From sequence record OQ427096.1: a DNA stretch of 64,000 nt, one strand, 5' to 3'. Of this stretch, positions 48,035 to 56,503 are shown piece after piece. Position 1 is the stretch's first letter; each line of letters starts with the position of its first letter. Below the pieces are notes generated by a model, which worked only from the letters and a program-made list of their open reading frames with translations, had not been told where the DNA came from and did not search any database. The position numbers and the translations under genes are program-made.

Positions 48035-48829
48035 ATGGCAATTGATATCAACAAATTGAACGCCTACGACTTCATCAAGGAAATGAAAAGCCATATGGCT
48101 AACGTCCTTGAGGAGCGTCTAGAGAGTGGTGAGGTCTGCCCTCCGCTGCCTCTGGAAGAGCACGTAGCTAAGGATACAACCGACACCGATTGGACTGCAA
48201 TGGGTGAGGCTGAAAAGAACCTAGTCATCTCGCTCCGTGAGAACGGTCGCCAGCGTGGTTCAGACGAAGGTGCTTATGCATCTGGTGTCCTTTGGCTGAC
48301 ATTCAAGAACAAGAAGGCTTGCGAAGACTACTGCACCTACCTCGAAACTGCAGATGGCGTTGACACCTATGAGATTGAAGCTGTACGCGAAGATCTCGTG
48401 AACGGTTTTGTCGAAGATCAGGAATATGACTTCGGTGACATTATGTTCGACAAGGACTTTGAATTCAACGTCTATGTCTACATTGATGCAGACCTAGTTA
48501 TGCTTCCGGCTGAAGATCTCGAAGTTGGCGACGAGTTTGAATGGGATGACGATTCAGACAACGGTTTCCTGTCCGAGGTTCGCCGAAAGATCAAGGTAAA
48601 CTTCCGCGGTAAGAAGCGCATTAAGATGCAGTGCAGCCCTGGATTCAAGTGGGATGCGGCAGCTAAGACCTGTAAGAAGATCTCTGGTGCTCAGGTAGCT
48701 GTTATGCGAAAGGCAATGCGCCGCGCGGTATTGACCAAGAAGTCGATGGGCCAGTCGTTCAAGGCACGAGTCGTTCGCAAGACCCGCAAGGCTAACCGCT
48801 TCCGTAAATCATTTGGACTGGGACGCTGA
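48035..48829 (+). CDS. Prohead core protein (gp68-like C-terminus, extended acidic N-terminus)
   Basis: Located between portal and protease. Basic C-terminus LSEVRRKIKVNFRGK.RIKM.C.PGFK...RKA.R.RKS.GL. Confidence 0.65.
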   Translation: MAIDINKLNAYDFIKEMKSHMANVLEERLESGEVCPPLPLEEHVAKDTTDTDWTAMGEAEKNLVISLRENGRQRGSDEGAYASGVLWLTFKNKKACEDYCTYLETADGVDTYEIEAVREDLVNGFVEDQEYDFGDIMFDKDFEFNVYVYIDADLVMLPAEDLEVGDEFEWDDDSDNGFLSEVRRKIKVNFRGKKRIKMQCSPGFKWDAAAKTCKKISGAQVAVMRKAMRRAVLTKKSMGQSFKARVVRKTRKANRFRKSFGLGR

Positions 48830-48830
48830 G

Positions 48831-49076
48831 ATGACGTTTGACGAATACCTAGCAGAGCAAAACTTGGCTGCGATGGCTAATCATCACTTCACTAAGGCTA
48901 AGCGCCACAAAGAAGGCACGCTGCATTGGCATAAGCACAATGCGCGTGGCCACGCACTTTGCTCACAACATCACGATAAGAACGGCGACCACAAAAAGGC
49001 TGCCGAGCATCACGCCAAGTGCGAAGAGCACATTGCCGCTGCCGAAAAGATCGAAGATCAGAAGCACGGCTATTAA
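48831..49076 (+). CDS. Small His-rich protein with capsid-targeting-like N-terminus
   Basis: MTFDEYLAEQ start at 48831; 14 His in 81 aa. Confidence 0.6.
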   Translation: MTFDEYLAEQNLAAMANHHFTKAKRHKEGTLHWHKHNARGHALCSQHHDKNGDHKKAAEHHAKCEEHIAAAEKIEDQKHGY

Positions 49077-49095
49077 GTAGAAGAGAGAACAGGAA

Positions 49096-49785
49096 ATGCA
49101 AGTACTAGTAGAACGCATTGACGATGTTCGTAATGAAATCCTCGTTGAGGAAGTTGGTGGCATCAAGCACAAGAAGTACATCATCGAAGGTATCAGCATC
49201 CAGGCTGAGGTAAAGAACCGTAATGGTCGCGTTTACCCAAAGGAACTGATCAAACCTGAGATCGATCGCTTCATTCGTGAAGACATTGCACTCGGACGTG
49301 CGGTGGGTCACCTCAATCACCCTGCAAACGATCCGCGTAACGACTATAAGGAAGTGTCTCACAAGTATGAGTCGCTGACTGAGGACGGCAACAACTGGAT
49401 CGGTCGCGCAGTCGTAACCACAGGCACACCAAATGGTCGTATCGTTGCTGGTCTGATGGATGAAGGCGTGAACATGGGTACGTCAACTCGTGCTCTTGGC
49501 AAGACCAAGATGTTCGAGCAGCGCGGTCAGAAGACAGCTGTGGTGCAGAGCTTTAGGCTCATCTCCCCAGGTGACATTGTATCTGATCCGTCGGCACCAG
49601 ATGCATACCTCACCAACCTAATGGAAGGTAAGGAGTGGGTTTGGGAAAATGGTCTCCTGATGGAACGTGAAGTGGAGATTAAGAAGGAGATCAATCATGC
49701 AGCTCGCACAGGTACACTGAACGAAGCGAAGATGATTGAACTGTTCAAGAAGTTGGTTGCTCTGAGCAACGGACGCGAAGTCTGA
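49096..49785 (+). CDS. gp21: Prohead protease gp21
   Basis: IEGI..QAEVKNRNGRVYP; GHLNHP; VSH; G.S.RA.G; D.V.DPSAPDAY. Confidence 0.95.
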   Translation: MQVLVERIDDVRNEILVEEVGGIKHKKYIIEGISIQAEVKNRNGRVYPKELIKPEIDRFIREDIALGRAVGHLNHPANDPRNDYKEVSHKYESLTEDGNNWIGRAVVTTGTPNGRIVAGLMDEGVNMGTSTRALGKTKMFEQRGQKTAVVQSFRLISPGDIVSDPSAPDAYLTNLMEGKEWVWENGLLMEREVEIKKEINHAARTGTLNEAKMIELFKKLVALSNGREV

Positions 49786-49850
49786 GAATTTCTCAGAACT
49801 AAATACCATAGAACTTAAAACATCATTCTGAAAGATCTTAGGAGTAAGTA

Positions 49851-50663
49851 ATGAATGAACAACTAAAGGAACTTCTGGAGACCCTAGAGCTTTCAGAAGA
49901 AACCGCAACTCAGATCCAGACCATCCTGACAGAAGCATTTGCAGCTGCAAAGGAAGAAGGTAAGGCTGAGGGCAAGAAGGAAGCTGATGAAGCTGCTGAC
50001 AAGGACAAAGAAGCCCTTGAAGAAGCACATCAGGAAGAAATTGCGTTCCTCAAGGAACAGGCTAATGCCTACGGAACCCACCTGAAGGAAAAGGCTAACG
50101 CTTATGGCGAGTCGATCCAGGAGTCCGTTGTTGCTAAGGCTAAGGAGTATGCTGAGTTCGCAGTTGATGCATTCATCACTGAGAACAAGGAACGCTTCGT
50201 AGAAACTGAAGAGTTCGCTCGCATGAAATCTGCGTTCGAGTTCATCAAGGAAGCATTTGAGAAGAATGCGTTCCAAGTTAAGGAAGATGCTGCTGTAATT
50301 GAGCTGACAGAGTCCCTACAGGAATCTACTGCTCAGTATGAGTCGCTCTTCGAAGACCTCTCTGCTGCTAAGGAAGAGCTTGCACAGCTGAACCGTACTC
50401 TGATTCTGGAGCGCGCAACTGCTGATCTGGCTGAGACTCAGAAGGAGAAGGTAAATGAATTGCTTGAGGCTGTCTCGTTCGATTCTTTGGATGAGTACAA
50501 GGACGGCGTAGCAATGATCGTTGAGCAGGCTAAGGCTGTGGCTGCCCCAGCACAGGTTGCACCTCTCGCCGACACCCCGGAAGTGCTCAACGAGCAAGCG
50601 ACCCCGGCTAAGAAGGAAGTCAACCAGGATGTCAAGCGCCTGATGGGCAAGGGCCTTCTGTAA
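49851..50663 (+). CDS. gp22: Prohead scaffold gp22
   Basis: Acidic coiled coil between gp21 and gp23, with LAETQKEKV..L.E.V.F motif and many (L/I)xE cleavage sites. Confidence 0.85.
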   Translation: MNEQLKELLETLELSEETATQIQTILTEAFAAAKEEGKAEGKKEADEAADKDKEALEEAHQEEIAFLKEQANAYGTHLKEKANAYGESIQESVVAKAKEYAEFAVDAFITENKERFVETEEFARMKSAFEFIKEAFEKNAFQVKEDAAVIELTESLQESTAQYESLFEDLSAAKEELAQLNRTLILERATADLAETQKEKVNELLEAVSFDSLDEYKDGVAMIVEQAKAVAAPAQVAPLADTPEVLNEQATPAKKEVNQDVKRLMGKGLL

Positions 50664-50733
50664 GTTGAATTCCCAGAACATAAATATCTGAGAATTGTTT
50701 AATTCGTATTTGAGATTTTTAGGAGAACAAAAG

Positions 50734-51969
50734 ATGTCTCAAGAAGAAAATAAAGTGGATACCCTCCTAGAGAAGTGGGAACCAGTTCTTGAAAGCGAAA
50801 AGGCAGATGCAATTACTGACCCGTATCGCAAGAAGGTAACTGCTCAGCTTCTGGAGAACACACAGGAAGCACTGAACGAAGCTTCGAACCTGACCGCCGG
50901 CGTGCAGAACTGGGACCCTGTCCTGATCTCCATGGTCCGCCGTATGGCTCCTAAGCTGATCGCTTATGACATCCTCGGTGTGCAGCCAATGACCGCTCCG
51001 TCGGGTCTGATCTTTGCACTGAAGGCACGTCGTGCTGCTACCCCACCGAACACTGGTCCTCAGGCTGGTGCAGAAATCCTTGGTCTGCAGGAAGCTGATA
51101 CTTCGTACTCCGGTACCGGTACTCACGCTGCAATCACTGATGCAAACTTCCTGACTGGTTTCGCGACCGGTACTGGTAAGGTCACATCGGCTGGTGAAGT
51201 GGATCCATGGAACTCGGTCGGCGTCACCATCGACAAGGTCAACATCTCGGCAGTTACCCGTCAGCTGCGTGCAGACTACTCCATTGAGCTTGCTCAGGAC
51301 ATGAAGCGCGTACACGGTCTGGATGCAGATGCTGAGCTTGTTCAGATCCTCAGCAACGAACTGATCTCCGAAATCAACCGTCAGGTTGTTCGTACGGTCT
51401 ACAACGCTGCTAAGGTCGGTGCGCAGTTTGCTTCGTCCCCAGGTACCTTCGACCTGAATGCTGACGCTGACGGACGTTGGTCTGTTGAGCGCTTCAAGGG
51501 TCTGCTGTTCGCAATCGAGCGCGACGCTAACGCGATCGCAATCGAGTCCCGTCGTGGTAAGGGTAACTTCCTGATCGTCTCGTCCGACGTTGCTTCGGCA
51601 CTCGCGATGGCAGGCGTTCTGGACTACGCTCCAGCCCTTCAGGGCCAGGTTTCGCTCGAAGTCGACGCAACCGGTGCAACTTATGCCGGTACCGCAGGTC
51701 GCTTCAAGGTCTACATCGATCCGTACCTCGGTACCGATGCATACCTGGTCGGCTTCAAGGGTTCGACTCAGTACGACGCAGGTCTGTACTACGCGCCATA
51801 CATTCCTCTGGAACTGCACCGCGCTACCGACCCAAGCAACTTCCACGCTGCTCTGGGCTTCAAGACCCGTTATGCAATGGCAGAGAACCCATTCGTGGGC
51901 AACTCGACCAGCATCGGTTCGAACGCGAACTACTACTACCGCAAGGCCCTCGTCAAGAACCTCATGTAA
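50734..51969 (+). CDS. gp23: Major capsid protein gp23
   Basis: Start MSQEE at 50734 (AGGAG RBS). LLEKW.PVL, VRR..P.LIAYDI.GVQPM..P.GLIFA, ELAQD.K..HGLDA..EL, DAG.YYAPY and GFKTRY motifs. Confidence 0.98.
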   Translation: MSQEENKVDTLLEKWEPVLESEKADAITDPYRKKVTAQLLENTQEALNEASNLTAGVQNWDPVLISMVRRMAPKLIAYDILGVQPMTAPSGLIFALKARRAATPPNTGPQAGAEILGLQEADTSYSGTGTHAAITDANFLTGFATGTGKVTSAGEVDPWNSVGVTIDKVNISAVTRQLRADYSIELAQDMKRVHGLDADAELVQILSNELISEINRQVVRTVYNAAKVGAQFASSPGTFDLNADADGRWSVERFKGLLFAIERDANAIAIESRRGKGNFLIVSSDVASALAMAGVLDYAPALQGQVSLEVDATGATYAGTAGRFKVYIDPYLGTDAYLVGFKGSTQYDAGLYYAPYIPLELHRATDPSNFHAALGFKTRYAMAENPFVGNSTSIGSNANYYYRKALVKNLM

Positions 51970-52006
51970 CAGTGAGGTCCTTACAGGACACGGTTGTAAA
52001 GTTTTC

Positions 52007-52040
52007 AGACAAGACCCGCTCACAAGGCGGGTTTTGTTTT
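52007..52040 (+). terminator. Rho-independent terminator after gp23
   Basis: AGACAAGACCCGC-tcacaag-GCGGGTTTTGTTTT. Confidence 0.8.
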
Positions 52041-52263
52041 GGTTGAATTTCTAGGCATCTACAATCGTACATCTCTATGATGCATCTTTCTGGACTGTTA
52101 AAATGCTCTTGAACCAGATGGGTAGCAAATAGAAAGAAAGTTAGAAAGAAAATAAAGAAAGGAGTATAGATGCCACCGAGGTGTCGTGCCCGAGGCTAAA
52201 AGATTCGGCATGTAGTACATAGACACACGTGGTAGGTGTAGCTTTTAAGCAAGAAAGTGAGAT

Positions 52264-52336
52264 CCCTTGATACTACTAGGTTTCAGTAGATGAAGGGGTA
52301 ATTTTGAAAAGCCGTAGAACCCTTGATATTACTAGG
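52264..52336 (+). repeat. 17-bp direct repeat CCCTTGATA(C/T)TACTAGG, two copies
   Basis: Copies at 52264-52280 and 52320-52336 with one mismatch. Confidence 0.8.
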
Positions 52337-52338
52337 AG

Positions 52339-52620
52339 TTGCGTATGCAGTTTTATTCTTCAATGACCTTGGCAGACTTTGTAGCAGCCAATTGGACACT
52401 GATGGACCCTAATGTGGTTAGCCTCATTGAACGAGAAGCAGATCGTCTTGCTGAGTTGGAAGAAGATGTGATCTCGTGGAAGGCAATTTCGGAAGACATT
52501 GTTGATGCCAATGAAGACAATCGTGATTACATTCTCAATCGAATTGAAGACATCAAGAAAGGTTCCTACACTCTAAATGAGCTTGAAGAGTTCGTTCGTC
52601 ACATGGATACATCAGTATGA
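52339..52620 (+). CDS. Hypothetical acidic protein
   Basis: 93 aa; ATGA-coupled to the dNMP kinase gene. Confidence 0.55.
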   Translation: MRMQFYSSMTLADFVAANWTLMDPNVVSLIEREADRLAELEEDVISWKAISEDIVDANEDNRDYILNRIEDIKKGSYTLNELEEFVRHMDTSV

Positions 52621-53162
52621 TCAGACTCATTGGACTAACAGGTAAGGCAGGAACAGGCAAGGACACCTTTGCAGGTTTCATCAACAAGGCCATCAATTTT
52701 GAACCGTATTCGTTTGCAGGTCCACTCAAGGATGCTTGCTGCGGACTGTTCGGATGGACTCGTCATCAGATTGATCATGACAGAGAGTTCAAAGAGGCAA
52801 TCGATCCTCGCTGGGGTTTCAGTCCGCGTCGCGCAATGCAGTTGATGGGAACAGAGTATGGACGTCAGATGCTTCGTGATGACATTTGGATTCACATGGC
52901 TAAGATCAGGCTTGATGAAACTCGTAAGGCAGGTCTGCTCGTTGTGGACGTTCGTTTTGAGAACGAAGCATCATGGATCAGAGACAATGGTGGGTTGCTC
53001 ATCCACATTGAACGTCCGGGAGCAAAGTCTGTGGCTGCACACGCTTCTGAGGCAGGTGTTGCCTTTGAAGATGGAGACCTGGTTGTCACCAACTCCGGAT
53101 CATTGGATGCTCTCCAGATCATTGCACAGAACATCGTGACCAACCTGAGATTGACCGATTAA
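52617..53162 (+). CDS. gp1: Deoxynucleoside monophosphate kinase (T4 gp1-like)
   Basis: IGLTGKAGTGKDT, SFAGPLK, SPRRAMQLMGTE.GR, DVRFENE and HASEAG motifs. Confidence 0.9.
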   Translation: MIRLIGLTGKAGTGKDTFAGFINKAINFEPYSFAGPLKDACCGLFGWTRHQIDHDREFKEAIDPRWGFSPRRAMQLMGTEYGRQMLRDDIWIHMAKIRLDETRKAGLLVVDVRFENEASWIRDNGGLLIHIERPGAKSVAAHASEAGVAFEDGDLVVTNSGSLDALQIIAQNIVTNLRLTD

Positions 53163-53170
53163 ATACTGGC

Positions 53171-53665
53171 ATGACCAGTAAAACAATCAATCGAAATCCA
53201 GCGATCAACACCAGCTATAAGCTCGAGATTCCGGGCTTTGATTCGCTGAACTACTTTGTGCAGTCAACCGAAATCCCGTCTCTATCTTCGGGTGGTGTTG
53301 AAACCGCATATCAAAACTGGGGTACGAACGTCCCCAGTAACAGAATCGAGTTTGATCCTCTGAACGTCAACTTCTTGGTGTCAGAGGATCTAATGAACTA
53401 CCAATCGCTCTATGAGTGGATGATTCAGATCACCATGACTGAGCCTGTAGTTCCTGAGATGATGAAGAACATTGTTCTTCACATCACCAACTCGTCTCGT
53501 AATCATAAGATGCAGATTCGATTCCATAAGGCATATCCGACCATGTTGGGTTCTATCCCATTTGATTCAGGTGTCAATGATGTGAATCCTCTGCTCTGTT
53601 CCGCAACATTCCGTTATCAATACTTTGAGATTATTCGCGATGCGTCTGGACGAACTTCAAGCTGA
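53171..53665 (+). CDS. gp3: Tail completion/tube terminator gp3
   Basis: NYFVQS..IPS.S; EFDPL.V.FLV.EDL.NY..LYEW; A.P..LG; ATFRY. TAAATA at 53160. Confidence 0.85.
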   Translation: MTSKTINRNPAINTSYKLEIPGFDSLNYFVQSTEIPSLSSGGVETAYQNWGTNVPSNRIEFDPLNVNFLVSEDLMNYQSLYEWMIQITMTEPVVPEMMKNIVLHITNSSRNHKMQIRFHKAYPTMLGSIPFDSGVNDVNPLLCSATFRYQYFEIIRDASGRTSS

Positions 53666-54065
53666 GATTGCCGTTGACTCTGCAATCAATAATAATGCCC
53701 TGGATACGGAATCCCTGAGGATTCCAATGTTGCACTCGAAGTACTACAACTACTTCCTTACAGAGCTTCGTATTCTGAAAGGCATCGAGATTGAATATAA
53801 GCGTGTGAAGAAAGAACGCCACCAGTATTGGCTGGGACAGGCGAGTGATGAAGTCTACAAGGCTGAGCCTAAAGACATCAAAATCCTCAGGCAAGACCTT
53901 GAACTGTACCTCGATGCAGATGAGAAGTTGACTGAGCTGAAATCGAAATATGAGATGCAAAAGATGAAGACTGAGATGCTCGAAGCCTTCATCAAGACAT
54001 TGAACACAAGAAACTTCCTAATCAAGAACTCAATTGAATTCCTCCGGTTCAAGAACGGCGGATGA
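53640..54065 (+). CDS. uvsY: Recombination mediator UvsY
   Basis: L..ESL.IP.LHSKY; YL.AD; R.F.IKN.IEF.RF..G. Confidence 0.9.
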   Translation: MRLDELQAEIAVDSAINNNALDTESLRIPMLHSKYYNYFLTELRILKGIEIEYKRVKKERHQYWLGQASDEVYKAEPKDIKILRQDLELYLDADEKLTELKSKYEMQKMKTEMLEAFIKTLNTRNFLIKNSIEFLRFKNGG

Positions 54066-54079
54066 CATAGGCACGAAGA

Positions 54080-55579
54080 ATGCAAGCAGATATCAAACTT
54101 CACTATAAGAACGAACTACACGTCACCCTGGACTGCCCTGTTGGCGTCTCCTACGAAGTGTCTGAGGCGTTTGCATTCTTCGTCAATGGCTACAAGTTCA
54201 TGCCTGCGTTCAAGGCAGGTCGTTGGGATGGTAAGGTTCGCCTTTATAACATCAAGGACCGTAACTTCTACATTGGTCTGCTGCCAAAGCTCTTTGAATG
54301 GGCTGAGGAAAACGGCTACACCATTGAGTACGCTAATCCGAAGGACTTTGAGCGCCAGTACCCAACCATCAATGAAGAGTCTTGGAACGAGCTGAAGAAG
54401 TGCGGCAAGTTTGAGCCTAAGTGGTATCAGAAGGAAGCTGTCTTCAGGGCAATCAATGAGTCTAAGACTCTGATCCTGTCGCCAACAGGCTCGGGTAAGT
54501 CTTACATTCAGTATCTGATCACGCGTTACCTGCTTGATCACACTGATGGTAAGGTTCTGATGACGGTTCCATCGACGTCGCTTGTTGAACAGATGTTCTC
54601 TGACTTCAAGGACTATGTAGCTGACGATTGGGACGTTGAAGAGAACGTTCACCGTATCTACTCTGGTAAGGAGAAGTACACAGAACACCGAGTCGTCATC
54701 TCGACTTGGCAGTCTGCGATCAAGCTACCTAAGGCATGGTTCCAGTCTTTCTCTGCCTACATCTGTGACGAGGCGCATGGTGCAGACGCGAAGAGCATTT
54801 CGCAGATCATTGACCAGCTTGGTCATGCTCAGTTCCGCCTTGGTCTGACAGGTACACTCGATGGCACTAAGATGCACGAGCTTGACATGCAGGCTCGATT
54901 CGGTTCCATTGTGCGCGTTGCCTCGACAAAGGACCTGCAGGATGAAGGTTCTCTGGCTCCGTTGAACATTGAGTGCTTCCAGCTGCGATACAGCAAGGAT
55001 GATATCGCTCTCGTGAAGAACATGGACTATGATGGTGAGATCAAGTTCTTGGTCAGTCATCCGAAGCGCAATTATCTGCTCGCAAAGACTGCATTGACGC
55101 AGAAGGGTAACACCTTGATGCTGTTCAACTATGTTGCGAAGCATGGAAAGGTGCTCTACGAGTTGATGAAGCCAATGTGCGAGAAGTACGGAAAGAATCT
55201 GTACTTCATCTCAGGCTCAACTGCTGTTGATGACCGCGAACAGATTCGTCAGATTCTGGAGAAGGAAAACAACGCCATCCTGCTCGCATCGTACGGTACG
55301 CTTGCGGTTGGTGTCAACGTCAAGAACCTGCACAATCTGATCTTCTGTCACCCGATCAAAGCCGTCATCCGAACCCTTCAGTCGATTGGACGAATCCTTC
55401 GAACGGCAGAAGGGAAACAAGATGTAAAACTCATTGATATCGCGGACGATTTATCCTATACTACACGCAGTGGGGTAAAAAAGCAGAACACAATTCTGCG
55501 CCACTTCCTAGAAAGGCTCAAAATCTACGTAGGCGAGAAATGGAAGTACAAAATCATCCCGATCAAGATGGGCGAGTAA
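54080..55579 (+). CDS. uvsW: DNA helicase UvsW (SF2)
   Basis: F.F...GYKF.P.F..G.WDGK.RL; SPTGSGKS; DEAH; GLTGT; QSIGR.LR. Confidence 0.95.
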   Translation: MQADIKLHYKNELHVTLDCPVGVSYEVSEAFAFFVNGYKFMPAFKAGRWDGKVRLYNIKDRNFYIGLLPKLFEWAEENGYTIEYANPKDFERQYPTINEESWNELKKCGKFEPKWYQKEAVFRAINESKTLILSPTGSGKSYIQYLITRYLLDHTDGKVLMTVPSTSLVEQMFSDFKDYVADDWDVEENVHRIYSGKEKYTEHRVVISTWQSAIKLPKAWFQSFSAYICDEAHGADAKSISQIIDQLGHAQFRLGLTGTLDGTKMHELDMQARFGSIVRVASTKDLQDEGSLAPLNIECFQLRYSKDDIALVKNMDYDGEIKFLVSHPKRNYLLAKTALTQKGNTLMLFNYVAKHGKVLYELMKPMCEKYGKNLYFISGSTAVDDREQIRQILEKENNAILLASYGTLAVGVNVKNLHNLIFCHPIKAVIRTLQSIGRILRTAEGKQDVKLIDIADDLSYTTRSGVKKQNTILRHFLERLKIYVGEKWKYKIIPIKMGE

Positions 55580-55998
55580 GCGAAAACTCAGCTGTAGATT
55601 TGGTAAAGGTCGAATCGGGTAAGGCATATCCGATTCGTCTAATGCACTTCCCAAACGGTTTGAATGTCATTGGTTATGTGATTGCAGTCTTCCCAGAGAC
55701 TACGATGGTTCTGCGACCCTATACGGTCACAGTTGATTACAATGCACATACAGATAATGTCGAAGGATATGAGTTCAGTCCTTTCCTGGATCAGATGGCA
55801 TATTTCAATCCTCTGGATTTGACGCCGGTTCCCTTCATGAACAATCAGATGATCGCCATTGTGCGCCCATCAGAACATGTGGTGAGCAATTACACCGGCG
55901 TGATCAGGTTGAGAGAAAAGATTGCATCTACCCCTGACGATGAACACTTTGAGATCCTAGTATCTCGAGAGGTTCCTGATAGTAAGACACTTCACTAA
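55540..55998 (+). CDS. Hypothetical protein
   Basis: 152 aa between uvsW and gp55; beta-rich (Sm-like pattern possible). Confidence 0.6.
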   Translation: MEVQNHPDQDGRVSENSAVDLVKVESGKAYPIRLMHFPNGLNVIGYVIAVFPETTMVLRPYTVTVDYNAHTDNVEGYEFSPFLDQMAYFNPLDLTPVPFMNNQMIAIVRPSEHVVSNYTGVIRLREKIASTPDDEHFEILVSREVPDSKTLH

Positions 55999-56014
55999 TA
56001 CGGCATTTTCAGCA

Positions 56015-56494
56015 TTGACCGAAGACAAGAAGAAAGCAAATCACTATGTAGACAAGCAGGCGCTCTACGCTGACCTGTGTGAATGGAAGATTCGGAAAGA
56101 CACGGCAATCGCTGAAGGCAGGAAGGCACCACCCCTACCAGATTCGGTTGGCGATGCTATCATGAAGGTAGCTGAGGGTCAGGCATCACGTCCAAACTTC
56201 CGTAACTATACCTATATCGAAGAGATGAAGGGCGAAGGCATCATCGCAGCCGTTCGCGCCATGAACTCCTTCGATCCAAAGCGCCTCGGTAAGAACGGTG
56301 AGGTTAACCCGTTCGGATTCATTTCCCTGTGCGTATGGCGAGCATTCCTGGGCTACATTGCCTACGAGAAGAAGCTCCAAAAGACTAAGATGGATATGAT
56401 GACTGATCCTGTCAACGAGTTCTTCTCGACGATGGATGGCGATCACGGTCACTACATCGACAACTACGACGTCGTTGAATTCATGAGCCACTGA
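56015..56494 (+). CDS. gp55: Late transcription sigma factor gp55
   Basis: HYVD...LY; F.NY.Y.EEM..EG; FD.......NPF...S..WRAF...I..EKK. Confidence 0.85.
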   Translation: MTEDKKKANHYVDKQALYADLCEWKIRKDTAIAEGRKAPPLPDSVGDAIMKVAEGQASRPNFRNYTYIEEMKGEGIIAAVRAMNSFDPKRLGKNGEVNPFGFISLCVWRAFLGYIAYEKKLQKTKMDMMTDPVNEFFSTMDGDHGHYIDNYDVVEFMSH

Positions 56495-56503
56495 GGTAAT
56501 CAT

